Assembly (NCBI GenBank): GCA_963737265.1
Contig: CAVTRY010000012.1
Location: 192,001 to 256,000 of the forward strand
Direction of reading: 5' to 3'
Length of the DNA: 64,000 nt
Source of the DNA: an uncultured delta proteobacterium
GTDB lineage: Bacteria; Myxococcota_A; Polyangia; Fen-1088
Positions 1 through 16,036 of this stretch are shown here, in pieces (position 1 is the first letter of the stretch; every line of letters begins with the position of its first letter). The notes beneath the pieces were generated by a model, which was not told where the DNA came from, searched no databases, and saw only the letters and a list, made by a program, of their open reading frames with translations. Position numbers and translations under genes: made by a program.

Positions 1-33
1 AGCAAAGCCAGCCCGGCCGCCACCTGAACCTTG

Positions 34-1809
<1,776 letters not shown>

Positions 1810-1862
1810 CTACCCCTCCGAAGTCAACGACGAAGATGGAAATCTTGGGAAGCGCGAGAAAC

Positions 1863-2987
1863 CTAGTGTTCGTCGAGAAATGCAAAGGAGAAGAGCAAGG
1901 TTTGCCGCCGGAAATCGACCGGTCCCGAGGCCGGCCAGCTGGTGTAGTAGACATAGCGAAGGCCGACCTCGAAGCGGCCCTCGAACACGCGCACCAATTC
2001 GATGCGCAAGGTGCTGCGGCCTTCGTCTTCGATGGTTGCGCCCGGAAGGCCCGCGATGGGCTGCTGGAACGTTAGGGCATCCGCGTAGTGGGTAACGACG
2101 ATCTCGCCACGCGCCGACAGCGACAGATCCCATGGCAGAAGAACCACGGTACGAAGATGAAAGAGACCACGGGTGAGTGATTCGCCATAGCTGTTCGATT
2201 GGTTGATGTGCGCCGCGGCGCCCAGGCCGAGGAGGCAGTCTCCCGTCCGGGTGACCTCTACATGGCCGATCCAGAATCGATCTCGGTGGCGCGGGACATC
2301 GCTGCCGTCGCCGCAGCCGGTGGATCGGCAAGCTGGTCCGTGAAAGCCGCGTTCCTCGACGCTGCCGCCGGCGGTCCATTCCCAATCCGGGCCACGCTCC
2401 AGCAGATTGCCGGGCCGGCTGTACTTGAGCGCCAGGAAGGCGGTAGGAGCGGCAAAGCTGTAGGCATCGTCGGGTTTGAAGGTGAACCAGCGATAGCCGC
2501 CGCCGAGCGATGCGAGCATGGATCCGCGGATTTCCTCATCGAGCCGCAGCGACGGCGCAACGGAGCGAAAATCGGGAAGGTCGGTCGATCGGCGCTGGAA
2601 GACGTCGAAATACGCGGCGGAGCCGACGAGCTCGGTCTGTCGCCCAAGCCGGACGGCGTCGCCCGTCGCGCCCTGGAAAACCAGCACGTTTTCGGCGCGC
2701 GCCTCCGGAGCGGTAAACCACTTGCCGCCGAAGGCGCCGGAAAACGATAAGACCTGCCGATCGCCGAGCGGAGCCGCGAGATTTCCCGACACCACGACGC
2801 GCGCGAGCGGTGAAGCAGGAGCGGCGGCTGGATTCACCGTCCCGGCGATGCGTTCCGCGCGTGCAGGATTGCTGTCGTATTCAGCCCCGTCTTCCAAACG
2901 CCAGTCGTAGCGAACCCCGTCGGCGCGCGATTCCGCTGCCAGGCTGACTAGGCAGAGTCCCACGGTTGCGAGGATGCGCGGATGCAT
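1863..2987 (-). CDS. Secreted hypothetical protein, probable outer-membrane beta-barrel
   Basis: N-terminal signal peptide; alternating aromatic/hydrophobic beta-strand pattern; C-terminal LLFSFAF strand. Confidence 0.6.
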   Translation of the reverse strand: MHPRILATVGLCLVSLAAESRADGVRYDWRLEDGAEYDSNPARAERIAGTVNPAAAPASPLARVVVSGNLAAPLGDRQVLSFSGAFGGKWFTAPEARAENVLVFQGATGDAVRLGRQTELVGSAAYFDVFQRRSTDLPDFRSVAPSLRLDEEIRGSMLASLGGGYRWFTFKPDDAYSFAAPTAFLALKYSRPGNLLERGPDWEWTAGGSVEERGFHGPACRSTGCGDGSDVPRHRDRFWIGHVEVTRTGDCLLGLGAAAHINQSNSYGESLTRGLFHLRTVVLLPWDLSLSARGEIVVTHYADALTFQQPIAGLPGATIEDEGRSTLRIELVRVFEGRFEVGLRYVYYTSWPASGPVDFRRQTLLFSFAFLDEH

Positions 2988-3058
2988 CTCGCGCCATACT
3001 ACCCCGAAGTCGTGGTTTCACACGCACCGTGTCTGACGAAAAGCGCGGAGTAGGTTGA

Positions 3059-3772
3059 CTACCAGGGCAAAGGATCGTCCATGTGGAAGAACTGACCGGT
3101 CGGTCCGTCGGCGGGAAGGGTCGCAAGCCTGACCGCGGTCTTGGCGCCATCCACGACCTGCATGGGCGCTTCCTTGCCGCCGAGATCCGTTTTCACCCAG
3201 CCGGGATGCGCGGAATTCACCTTCAGGGCCGTTCCGCGCGTCTTGTGCGCGATGGCTACGGTGAAGCCGTTGAGCGCGGCCTTCGAGGCCGTGTACGAGG
3301 GGATGACGAAGTTACCGAACATCTCGGGGCTCTTCTGCAGCGTGGTGAGAGAACCAAGTACGCTGGAATGGTTGACGACGCGGCCAGCTGGACTTGCCTT
3401 GAGCAGCGGCAAGAGCGCATAGGTGACCGCAACCACGCCGAAGACGTTGGCGTCGAACACGCGGCGGAAGGAATCCACATCGTCCGCGGACCACTCGGCC
3501 ACGCCGGCGTTGTTCACCAGCACGTCCAGGCGGCCGAACTTCTCCTTGAAAAAGCCGGGCAGCTTGGCCACGTCGTCCTTGCTGGTCACGTCCAGTTTCA
3601 CGGTGTGCGCGTCGATGTCCTGCTTGCGCAGCTCGGACGCGGCGGCCACGCCCCTGGCCTCGTCGCGCGCGCCCAGCACGACGAGCAGTCCTTGCTTGCC
3701 GAGTTGACGGGCGATTTCAAGGCCAAGTCCTTTGTTGGCACCGGTGATAAGGGCTACTGTCTTTTGGGTCAT
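3059..3772 (-). CDS. SDR family oxidoreductase (carbonyl reductase-like)
   Basis: TGANKGLG, NNAG, YTASK, HPGWVKTD motifs; ATG 3772 follows a GAGAAGG RBS-like sequence. Confidence 0.93.
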   Translation of the reverse strand: MTQKTVALITGANKGLGLEIARQLGKQGLLVVLGARDEARGVAAASELRKQDIDAHTVKLDVTSKDDVAKLPGFFKEKFGRLDVLVNNAGVAEWSADDVDSFRRVFDANVFGVVAVTYALLPLLKASPAGRVVNHSSVLGSLTTLQKSPEMFGNFVIPSYTASKAALNGFTVAIAHKTRGTALKVNSAHPGWVKTDLGGKEAPMQVVDGAKTAVRLATLPADGPTGQFFHMDDPLPW

Positions 3773-3965
3773 GGGACCTTCTCCAAGCGGGGGTTGTCGC
3801 GATTGTTTGTTGCTTGCAGGCAGCCTGGATCGACTTGGCCGTGGATTCAAGCTCGCTTCCTCTCCAGCCTCTATCGGCTTCGTCGATCCCGTCCGTGAGA
3901 CATGTGCCGCTTCGGCAAGCGGAGCTGGTGTCGAGGTTCGCTGCAACGACCTACTCGTCGTCGCC

Positions 3966-4964
3966 TCACGGAGCGCGGCTCTGGGCGCGCAAGCGCCGCG
4001 CGTCTTCATCCAAGGCTCGCGCGCGGGCATATAGAGCGGCGGCCGCCCGATCGAGCGCGCCTGGATCCAGCGGGGAATCGACCGGACCCAGGGCTTGGCG
4101 CAGCTCCGCCGCGGTTGCGGGATCGAGAAACAGGTGTGGCTCGACGGACAACTGGCCGGGGACCGTCTGGGACAAAGGCGAGGACTTGGCGGAGGTAGCG
4201 CTCTCCGGGGCGGGCGAAGCCGTGGCGACGGAGGTCTCGCCCGAGGCGGGAAGCGCAATCGTGAGCGGAGGCGGAGGTGGCGACGACAAAGTGGGCGATT
4301 GAGCCGAGCCGCTGGCGACGGTCGGGGTGGCCGGCGCACTCGTCGCGCCGCGCGGACTGCTATCGCTGGTGCTCGTTCCCGGCGTCAGACCCGAGTTTGC
4401 CGACTTCTGCGCCGAGTTGCCGAGATTGCGTTTGGAGGACTCCAACCCGGAAAATGGATCGCGATCCCAGGCACCCGCCCGGCGATGCAAGGCTCTGCGG
4501 CTGCGCAATTGCTCCGCCGCGCTGGCCAAGATGTCTGCTTGGCCGGACAACTTCTTGGCTTGGTCCGAGAAGAGGTCGGCCTTGGCCTCAAGCTCCACGC
4601 TTCCGTCCTGTGGCAAAGGCTGGGGCGGCGAGATAGAAGCACCACGACCGAGCGATGACTCCCCGGCGCCGCGCAGTTTGCGTAGCCGAGCCTCCGCCTG
4701 AGTCACCTTCTGCGCCAACGCCTCCGCGTCCGCCATGCGCTCGCCGAGGCGGTAGTCGTTGCGAACCGACCGGCCGGCTCGCTTGAGGGCGGCGACCTCG
4801 GCGTTGACGCGATCGAGCTCGGCGGACAGGCGCGCGAAGTCGTCCTGAGCGCGGCGAAGAATGGTGGCATCTGCGCCCGTGCCCTGGGCGTGCGCACTGC
4901 TTGGCGCCAGCAGGATCATCCCGCCGAGAATCGCCATTCGCCAGATTGTCGACACACTTCGCAC
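3966..4964 (-). CDS. Secreted hypothetical coiled-coil protein with Ser/Pro/Thr linker
   Basis: Signal peptide ending AHA-Q; helical heptad segments; low-complexity linker. Confidence 0.6.
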   Translation of the reverse strand: MRSVSTIWRMAILGGMILLAPSSAHAQGTGADATILRRAQDDFARLSAELDRVNAEVAALKRAGRSVRNDYRLGERMADAEALAQKVTQAEARLRKLRGAGESSLGRGASISPPQPLPQDGSVELEAKADLFSDQAKKLSGQADILASAAEQLRSRRALHRRAGAWDRDPFSGLESSKRNLGNSAQKSANSGLTPGTSTSDSSPRGATSAPATPTVASGSAQSPTLSSPPPPPLTIALPASGETSVATASPAPESATSAKSSPLSQTVPGQLSVEPHLFLDPATAAELRQALGPVDSPLDPGALDRAAAALYARARALDEDARRLRAQSRAP

Positions 4965-5116
4965 GCGGCCCAGTGTAGCAAGGCTCGCGCCAGGATGCCG
5001 ATTCGCTGAAACTCAAGACTTAGGCGCCTTCGCTCTCAGTTTTCTGACGGAATGCCGGCAAACCGTCGTAACACGACGACGCACGCTTGCCGCTGCTACC
5101 CAAAGCGAAGCTATTG

Positions 5117-5863
5117 ATGTCTACTCGAACCATGCCTGCATGCACCTTGCCGACTTCCTTGCCGACTTCACTGGCGCTTCTCTCGCTGGGATTGCTGGCG
5201 TTGCCCGGCTGTGCGACGACCGCGCCCTCGACGGGCGCGTCCGGGCCGCCCAGCGAAGTCGCGCTTGACTACTATCCCCTTTTTCCCAACTGGGGCTGGG
5301 CGTACGAAATTGAACGAGAGGGCACGAAGGTTCTTGCGCTCTATTCGGTGATCCAGCGCAGCCCCGATCTGGCAGTCGTCAAGAACGTCGACGAACGCAT
5401 CGAATACGCCATTCGGCCCGAAGGAATCGCGCGAAGAAACGGCATGTTCGCGGAGGATTATGTGCTGAAGAATCCCGTGCGGGTGGGCACCGAATGGCCG
5501 GTGGCGAGCGGCGAGGCAAAGGTCGTGGCGGTCGGGCAGATCGTCACGCTTCCGTCGGGTTCGTACCACGACTGCGTCGTCGTCGAGGAAATGCGGCACG
5601 ATCCAGATCGGGTCACGCGCACAACGTATAGCCGGGGCACCGGCCCAATCGAGATCGAAATGCGCGTCTTCAATCCAATCAAGACAATCTTCGAGGTAAG
5701 CGCGCGGGCCAGAATCTTGAGCGTCACCCGACCCGAAGACAGCAACCAGGCTTTCGCATGGCGCCATTATTGGCTCGCTGCCATAGTCACGCAAGTGCGA
5801 TTTCGCTCTCGGATTTGCCCCGGCTCCGATTTCATTGGCGCACATCTCGTTCTCGGGTCATAG
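5117..5863 (+). CDS. Hypothetical lipoprotein
   Basis: Hydrophobic stretch ending LPG-C (lipobox-like); DYYPL..W.Y start of a beta-rich domain; start uncertain. Confidence 0.6.
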   Translation: MSTRTMPACTLPTSLPTSLALLSLGLLALPGCATTAPSTGASGPPSEVALDYYPLFPNWGWAYEIEREGTKVLALYSVIQRSPDLAVVKNVDERIEYAIRPEGIARRNGMFAEDYVLKNPVRVGTEWPVASGEAKVVAVGQIVTLPSGSYHDCVVVEEMRHDPDRVTRTTYSRGTGPIEIEMRVFNPIKTIFEVSARARILSVTRPEDSNQAFAWRHYWLAAIVTQVRFRSRICPGSDFIGAHLVLGS

Positions 5864-6034
5864 TGTTGCGGTCCTGCCTTCGCGTTTCGCGAGGAGCGCC
5901 GGAACCGGTTGGCGGTTTGCCTGTCTGAACGGTTTTTTGCACGGACTACCGTTCACACGCTCAACTTCTCCACCAACGTCCTCACGGATGCGGCGCGCGG
6001 AGAAACAGTCGGGCCAACCGAGGTTCCGATCTAC

Positions 6035-7348
6035 ATGACCGATCTTGCTACCACAGCCAATTCTCGTTCGACGCTTTCCCCTATTCCCCACTCTTCCATT
6101 TCGGCGCCTGCAAAAGACGCCACCCACATCAATGGTTTCGCCGCCCTTGGCCTGCGCGAACCCATCCTCAGAGCCGTCGTCGCCGAGGGATACACCACAC
6201 CGACGCCGATCCAGTGCCAGGCGATTCCGTTCGTCATGCGCGGCCGCGACCTGCTTGGTTGCGCGCAGACTGGAACGGGCAAAACCGCGGCCTTCGCCCT
6301 GCCTTTGCTGCATCGCCTGTCCGAGCCCGGGCGCGAGCGCAAGCGTGGCCCGGCCGTGCTCGCGTTGGTCCCCACGCGCGAGCTCGCGGTGCAGATCGCC
6401 GAAAGCTTCGCCGTCTATGGCCGCGGTCTGCCGTTTCGCAGCGGGGTCGTCTTCGGCGGTGTTTCCCAAGGCGCGCAAGTCGCGTCCCTGCGCCGCGGCC
6501 TCGACATCTTGGTGGCCACGCCCGGCCGTTTGCTGGACTTGATGAGCCAGGGCTGCGTTCCCTTGGGCGATGTGGAGACGCTGGTGCTCAACGAAGCGGA
6601 TCGCATGCTCAACATGGGCTTCATCGATCCCATCCGCCGCATTTTGGCCAAGCTGCCGGCCAAGCGCCAGAATCTGCTTTTCTCCGCCACCATGCCGGCG
6701 CCCATCGCGACCCTGGCCGATCAAATTCTGCGCGACCCCGCCAAGGTTTCCGTCGCGCCCGTCGCCACCACCGTCGACAGCGTCACGCAATGGGTTCTCT
6801 TCGTCAGGCAATCCGACAAACGCGCGTTGCTGGCCGAGGTCCTGCGCGATCCAGCCATGAGCCGCGTAATCGTCTTCACGCGAACCAAATCGGGGGCCAA
6901 TCGCGTGGCGCGCGACCTGACCAGCGCCGGCATCGCCACCGAGGCCATTCACGGCAACAAGAGTCAGAATGCCCGCCAGCGCGCGCTCGCCGACTTCCGC
7001 GACGGCAAGGTGCGCGTCCTGGTGGCCACCGACATCGCGGCCCGAGGCATCGACGTCGATGGCATCAGCCACGTCATCAATTTCGAGTTACCGAATGAGC
7101 CCGAGAGCTACATTCACCGCATCGGTCGCACCGCCCGCGCCGGCGCCCGCGGCGTGGCCCTGGCTTTCTGCGACGCCAGCGAGCGGACATATTTACGCGA
7201 AATCGAGCGTCTCACGCGCACGAAGATATCAGTCGCGACCGATCACCCGTACGCGGCGAATGGCAACGAGGTCAGCGCGCCTCAGCCGCGGCAGAATTTC
7301 GGTGGCGGCGGCGGTGGTCGCAATCGTTTCCACTCTCGCCGTCGATAA
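6035..7348 (+). CDS. DEAD-box RNA helicase, RhlE-like, with motif II reading NEAD
   Basis: Q motif, [34 protein letters not shown]; motif II is [12 protein letters not shown]. Confidence 0.93.
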   Translation: MTDLATTANSRSTLSPIPHSSISAPAKDATHINGFAALGLREPILRAVVAEGYTTPTPIQCQAIPFVMRGRDLLGCAQTGTGKTAAFALPLLHRLSEPGRERKRGPAVLALVPTRELAVQIAESFAVYGRGLPFRSGVVFGGVSQGAQVASLRRGLDILVATPGRLLDLMSQGCVPLGDVETLVLNEADRMLNMGFIDPIRRILAKLPAKRQNLLFSATMPAPIATLADQILRDPAKVSVAPVATTVDSVTQWVLFVRQSDKRALLAEVLRDPAMSRVIVFTRTKSGANRVARDLTSAGIATEAIHGNKSQNARQRALADFRDGKVRVLVATDIAARGIDVDGISHVINFELPNEPESYIHRIGRTARAGARGVALAFCDASERTYLREIERLTRTKISVATDHPYAANGNEVSAPQPRQNFGGGGGGRNRFHSRRR

Positions 7349-7369
7349 TTCGACCTAGACTGGTCGTCC

Positions 7370-9202
<1,833 letters not shown>

Positions 9203-9240
9203 GCAACTGTGAAGCAGAAGTCGCAAGAATTCCGGCGGAA

Positions 9241-10215
9241 TCACGCGGCCGACGCCTTGGCCACCTCGGCTTGGGCATAGGCTTCGAGCTTGCGTCCGTC
9301 GGCGTTGAATACGCGGATGCCTTCGCTCAGCTTTTCCACCGCCATCGCGTCTTCGTTGTGCATCCAGCGATAGGATTTTTCGTCCAGGTGCATGGGCGCG
9401 ATGTCGAGTTTCTTGGCGAGAGTCGGATCGAGCTTACGGACGAGCTCGCCCTCGCGCGTTTCGAGCTGCGAAAGGAGGTCCGGGCTGATGGTGAGCAAAT
9501 CGCAGCCGGCAAGATCGATGACTTGCTCGACCTTGCGAAAGCTTGCGCCCATGACCTGGGTCGCATAGTCGAACTTTTTGTAGTAGTTGTAGATGCGCAC
9601 CACCGAAGCCACGCCCGGATCCTCGGCGCGCGGGATATCGGTCACGCCCCTCGCCTTTTTGTGCCAGTCGTAGATCCGACCCACGAACGGCGAAATCAAG
9701 GTGACCTTGGCCTCGGCGCAGGCCACGGCCTGGGCGAAGCTGAACAGCAAGGTCAGGTTGCAGTGGATGCCTTCCCTCTCCAATTGCTCGGCCGCGCGAA
9801 TGCCTTCCCAGGTCGTGCCAAGCTTGATAAGCACCCGCTCGCGCGACACGCCAGCGTCGGAATAGAGCTGGATGATCTCGCGTGCCTTGGCCATGCTACC
9901 AGCGGTGTCGAAACTCAGCTTCGCGTCGACCTCGGTCGATACACGGCCGGGAACGATCTTCAAGATCTCGCAGCCGAAGCTCACGAACAATTTGTCCATG
10001 AACAGACTGGTCTGTCTTGCATGGTCGCCACCCGCACCCGCCGCGTATCGCAACGCCTCGTCGACAAGGTGCCGGTAGCGTTTGTCCTGCGCGGCCTTGA
10101 GCAACAGCGACGGATTCGTGGTTGCGTCTTGCGGCTTGTGCTTGGCAATCGCATCGATGTCGCCGGTGTCGGCGACGACGATGGTGAGATTCTTCAACGA
10201 GTCAAGCTGAGACAT
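9241..10215 (-). CDS. tal: Transaldolase
   Basis: [40 protein letters not shown] motifs. Confidence 0.97.
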   Translation of the reverse strand: MSQLDSLKNLTIVVADTGDIDAIAKHKPQDATTNPSLLLKAAQDKRYRHLVDEALRYAAGAGGDHARQTSLFMDKLFVSFGCEILKIVPGRVSTEVDAKLSFDTAGSMAKAREIIQLYSDAGVSRERVLIKLGTTWEGIRAAEQLEREGIHCNLTLLFSFAQAVACAEAKVTLISPFVGRIYDWHKKARGVTDIPRAEDPGVASVVRIYNYYKKFDYATQVMGASFRKVEQVIDLAGCDLLTISPDLLSQLETREGELVRKLDPTLAKKLDIAPMHLDEKSYRWMHNEDAMAVEKLSEGIRVFNADGRKLEAYAQAEVAKASAA

Positions 10216-10356
10216 GAGCGTACCCTCCGCGGATTGACAAACAATAACCTCTCCATGAACGCGTTAAGCTTGTCTCCCCCGCGTCGTGTGCGCACGCCCA
10301 TTTTGCTCGACCCCAACGCATCGTCCGGGCTACAGGCCTCAGGCCTCAGGCTTCGG

Positions 10357-10758
10357 CTACCCCGGGCCAACGACGGAAGAGCCCGCTGTGGGCAGAGCTT
10401 CCGCCACGACCGGATGTTCAAGGCAATAGGCCTCAAGCTGCCGGCGCGCGCCGCGAAACGCGTTGCGAATCGCGACGTAGATGTCCTCGTGCACGGCATT
10501 GCTGGGATGATCGCTTCCCACAACGACAACGCCAGCCGGCATTGCCAACTCCACGCGCACGCGAAAAACGCGATCCTTGCGGATTTCATCGATGGCTTCG
10601 ATTGCCACGTGTCCGCCCGTCATCGGCGCCGTCAGCGCCCCAAGCCTCTCGAGCCACGCTCGCACCTCGGTTCGCGTCGCCTCCGGTGCATTTTCGCCAT
10701 CGAACGTAATCCTGCATGGCCGCGCGGGAACGGGCGACGGGGTTCGCGACGGCTGCAT
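10357..10758 (-). CDS. HPF/RaiA family ribosome-associated protein
   Basis: C-terminal HEDIYVAIRNAFRGARRQL and FRVRVELAMP pattern; start uncertain. Confidence 0.7.
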   Translation of the reverse strand: MQPSRTPSPVPARPCRITFDGENAPEATRTEVRAWLERLGALTAPMTGGHVAIEAIDEIRKDRVFRVRVELAMPAGVVVVGSDHPSNAVHEDIYVAIRNAFRGARRQLEAYCLEHPVVAEALPTAGSSVVGPG

Positions 10759-10941
10759 GTCGTTGTTCTTGGTGTGAAATTCGCTGCTCGGTTCAACTAA
10801 GCCTGCCATGGTGTCCTTGCTCGGCGGGGTGCCACCAGGTCGCTGGGCTGGCCAATCTGCCGACGGCCCACTCCGCAAGCGACCGACGGTGAGTAGTTCC
10901 TACGCGACACAGGCTGGTATTGCAAGGAAAGCGATAGCTGG

Positions 10942-12065
10942 ATGTTTTATGGTTCAATGCTGACATTTTCTTCTGGCGTTCCCGGGTATTGTTGGTGGGC
11001 CGTGGCCATCCAATATGCACCGCGCACGCCGTTTCGAGACGACCTCGAGGTCGAAGTTGCGGCGTTCTTCGAGCGCCGCGGAATTTCTCGGCAGGGCTCG
11101 TATCCCCTGTGGGTCAAGACCGCCGTATTGGGCATTTGGTTGGCCGCATCCTATTGGTTGTTGGTGTTTGTCGTCCAGCAGCCGTGGCTCGCCGCTCTGT
11201 GCACCGCCTCGCTCGCGTGCGCCATGGCCGGGATTGGATTCAATGTCATGCATGACGGCGGACATCGCTCCTATGCCAAATCGTCAACCGTAAGCCGGGG
11301 AATGGCCTTCTCACTGGACCTTTTGGGCGGTAGTTCCTATTTCTGGCATTACAAACACGGCATCGCCCATCACAGCTACCCCAATGTGACGGGCTCGGAT
11401 GACGATATCTACATCGGGGCGCTCGGCCGCCTCACGCCTCACGACCGACGCCTCTGGTTTCACCGCTTCCAGCATTTCTACATTTGGTTGCTCTATGGAC
11501 TGCTTGCGATCAAATGGCAATTACTGGACGATTTTCGTTCGATCATCAGGCCGGGAATTGCCGACACGCGCGTGCCACGGCCGGCGCGGACAGAGCAGAT
11601 TCTATTCTGGTCGGGCAAGGTCCTTTTCTTCGGTCTTGCGCTGGTGCTGCCGATGCTGCTCCACCCTTGGCTAAGCGTGATTGCGCTGTTCCTGCTCACC
11701 GGCACGATCCTAGGCGTGCTTCTGAGCGTCGTGTTTCAGTTGGCGCATTGTTTGGAGGAAGCCGCCTTCGTCCAGCGCCCGCTTCCCGGCCACGCCATGG
11801 ATCGCGACTGGGCGACCCATCAAGTCGAATCGACGGTGGATTTTGCCCGCAACAATAGGGTGCTAACCTGGTTCATTGGTGGTCTCAACTTCCAGATCGA
11901 GCATCACCTGTTTCCCCGCGTCTGCCACACCCACTATCCTGCTCTTTCCGAAATCGTCGAACGCGTCTGCCGGAGCCACGGCGTGCACTACGCCGCCCAT
12001 TTGACTGCGTCCGCGGCGCTCGGCTCGCACTATCGCTGGTTGCGCCAATTGGGCCGAGCCTCTAG

Positions 12066-12069
<4 letters not shown>
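10942..12069 (+). CDS. Membrane fatty acid (acyl-CoA) desaturase
   Basis: Histidine boxes HDGGH, HGIAHH, QIEHH; TM segments; true start may be GTG 11002. Confidence 0.93.
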
Positions 12070-13730
<1,661 letters not shown>

Positions 13731-13743
13731 CGGTCCCTCTTCA

Positions 13744-13854
13744 TCGATTTGACCGGAAGGCTACTTCATTTTGATTGGAGGCCGCGCGACAATCCCATTT
13801 TTTCGAGACATAACCGAGCAAACGCGCCCCCTTGGCGAGGGCACGCATCGTGCA
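13744..13854 (+). promoter_or_regulatory. Sigma54 promoter (13839-13854) with paired upstream boxes
   Basis: GGGCACGCATCGTGCA (GG-N10-GC); boxes TCGATTTGA 13744 and TCATTTTGA 13766. Confidence 0.7.
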
Positions 13855-13905
13855 GTTGGTTGGCTTGGCCCGATAAGCTCGCCTCGTGAGCCGGCAGGAG
13901 CGACC

Positions 13906-14348
13906 ATGACCCTACGTACCCAAGAAGACTCGAAGGACCATTCGCAAGAACACTGCAGCGTTGCGACCTGCGACTCGCACCTGCAAAATACTAGGGACCT
14001 CTACGGCGACAAGTTGGCTGCGTTGGACGGCGACATCGGTGAGGTGAAGGACTTCTATTTTGACGATAAGAATTGGGTAATTCGTTACCTCGTCGCGGGA
14101 ACGGGCCGGTGGGTCACGTCAGCGGCTTCTTGGTGGACGAGCGGAGCTGGGCGATTCGTCGACTGGTCGTCGAATCCGGACATTGGTACTCAGGGAAGGA
14201 AATCTTGATCGCTCCCGCCGACGTCGAACGCATCAGCTATGAAGAGTCGAAGGTACACGTGGATCTTTCAAAGGCGGACCTTCAGCGAACCGCGGAAAAC
14301 GATCTGGTGAAAGCGCAAACGCCTGTCGCGAAGGATTGCTGCGGTTAG
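13906..14348 (+). pseudogene. PRC-barrel domain protein, internally deleted and frameshifted
   Basis: First barrel DGDIGEVKDFYFDDKNWVIRYLV joins, out of frame near 14110, a second barrel GHVSGFLVDERSWAIRRLVV. Confidence 0.75.
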
Positions 14349-14448
14349 CACCAAACGGCCCCACTGGTTCAGGCCTTGCCATTCACGAGCTTGCCTTCTG
14401 CGGGCGACCGGGCGGCGCTGGGGAGCTCTATTAGTACTGCTCGGGATT

Positions 14449-15150
14449 TTGGTTGGTACCTGCGCGCTGGCGCGGCGGCCCCGAATTCCGCGCCTTCGAG
14501 CGGTCATTCTGGGTGGCAAGGGACCACCGACGATGGTGCTGCTGCACGGCTACGGCTCGTCGGAAAACGATTGGCTCCCCTTCGCAACGTCCATTCACCT
14601 TCCCGCCAGCACGCGGTTCATTTTTCCGCGCGGCCCGGAGACAGCGGCGCGGTCCGACGGGGCGCCCAACGGACGGGCCTGGTGGCATTTGGATCTGGCG
14701 CCGCACATGCGCGATGGGATCCTGGGCGCGGATCTCTCGGCGGCGAAGCCCGCGGGAATCGAAGATGCCGCCGCGGCCGTGCGCGCGCTCCTCGCCCGGC
14801 AGGGCAACCGGGCCACGCAGCCCTTCATTCTCGGAGGATTTTCGCAAGGGGCCATGGTGGCGGCCCAAGTGGCGTTTCTCTCGAACGAGCCGCTGCGTGC
14901 GCTGGTGATTCTGTCCGGAACCTTGGTCGACGAATCCCTGTGGAGCGCGAACTACGCCCGACGCAAGGGCCTGCACGTGTTCATGTCGCACGGTCGCGCG
15001 GACCCGACGTTGTCTTTCACCGTTGCGGAGCGCATGCGCAGCAAGATGGAGGGCGCCGGTATGGTGGTCACTTGGTTCCCATTCGAGGGCGGCCATGAGA
15101 TCCCCACCGAGGTCGTCGCGGCGTTGAACGACTTCCTTGCGCGACTGTGA
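14449..15150 (+). CDS. Phospholipase/carboxylesterase (alpha/beta hydrolase)
   Basis: LLHGYG, GFSQG nucleophile elbow, HGRAD, GGHEI; N-terminus uncertain. Confidence 0.88.
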   Translation: MVGTCALARRPRIPRLRAVILGGKGPPTMVLLHGYGSSENDWLPFATSIHLPASTRFIFPRGPETAARSDGAPNGRAWWHLDLAPHMRDGILGADLSAAKPAGIEDAAAAVRALLARQGNRATQPFILGGFSQGAMVAAQVAFLSNEPLRALVILSGTLVDESLWSANYARRKGLHVFMSHGRADPTLSFTVAERMRSKMEGAGMVVTWFPFEGGHEIPTEVVAALNDFLARL

Positions 15151-15167
15151 GTGCCAAGGAGCTCGTC

Positions 15168-15746
15168 TCAGATGATGTTGAGACGGCGAAATGCCGGAAC
15201 TTTGATCAAATCCAACAACAAACTGAATGCAACCGTGACCGCAAGGAGGACAGCCACCACGGCAACCGGGAGGGGTTTCATCAGAATTCCGCGCGTGGCG
15301 AGGATGGCGATAATCAGAAGGTCGGCAGCGGATCCGACCATCAGCCAGGTGCTCGGGCGCGAGCTCCAGATGTGCCGGCGCTCGCGGACGACGTAGAGAA
15401 TAGCCTGCCCGCTGAAGACCAGCGTCACAATGGACAATGTCTGCAGCGTCTCGATGCCAAAGCCCAGGGCATATTTCCCAACGGTCAAAACGCCGGTGCA
15501 AAAGGCCAGGTCGAAGACGCCGAGAAAGATGCCACCGGCGGTAATGCTTCCCGCGTGCCAGACATTGGGTGTCGGCGACGCGCGCACATTGTCTGTCGTC
15601 GCCAGCATGGACAGAAAGTCACCCGTAATCATCGCGATTACCAGCAACAGCGGGGTAAGGACGGCGTGCCCGGTGATGAGAATCCCGGCCAGCAGAAACA
15701 GAGCCCCCAAGAATTTGTGGGTGACGGACTTCAGGATATAGGTCAG
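15168..15746 (-). pseudogene. C-terminal membrane fragment of a plasma-membrane H+-type (IIIA) P-type ATPase
   Basis: LTYILKSVTHK..ITGDFLSM..TDNVRASPTPNVW..YVVRERRH.WSSRPS; no DKTGT or other cytoplasmic domains upstream. Confidence 0.7.
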
Positions 15747-15869
15747 TCAGTCCGGATATCGCGGTCGTCTCGGCCATCGTGTCGGGTCCCAGCAAAATCC
15801 GGGCCAGCGCAGGATGCGCTGGGGTCCTCGACTGCCCTAGCGAACACATCCAAAAACCGATCGACTCAA

Positions 15870-15980
15870 TCGAACCGAAGTACTGTTCCATTCAATTCGA
15901 AGGTAATCCAAACTTGCGCTGTTGCCGGAGACGCGGTAACGCCGATTGTCGGACGAGTCGAACTTGGCGCGCGGGTTGCA
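15870..15980 (+). promoter_or_regulatory. Sigma54 promoter (15965-15980) with paired upstream boxes
   Basis: TGGCGCGCGGGTTGCA; boxes TCGAACCGA 15870 and TCAATTCGA 15892. Confidence 0.7.
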
Positions 15981-16036
15981 GTCAACAAGGTGCGACGAAT
16001 ATGAGGAATGTAGCCGCAGGCACTCACGGTTGAGCC

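Noticed and set aside
3773-4339. N-terminal extension of the SDR ORF
   Set aside because: Overlaps the 3966-4964 gene in another frame; the SDR fold and RBS begin at 3772
10326-10357. Short heptamer run (CAGGCCT/CAGGCTT)
   Set aside because: Only 3-4 degenerate units with no spacers; too short to assign a function
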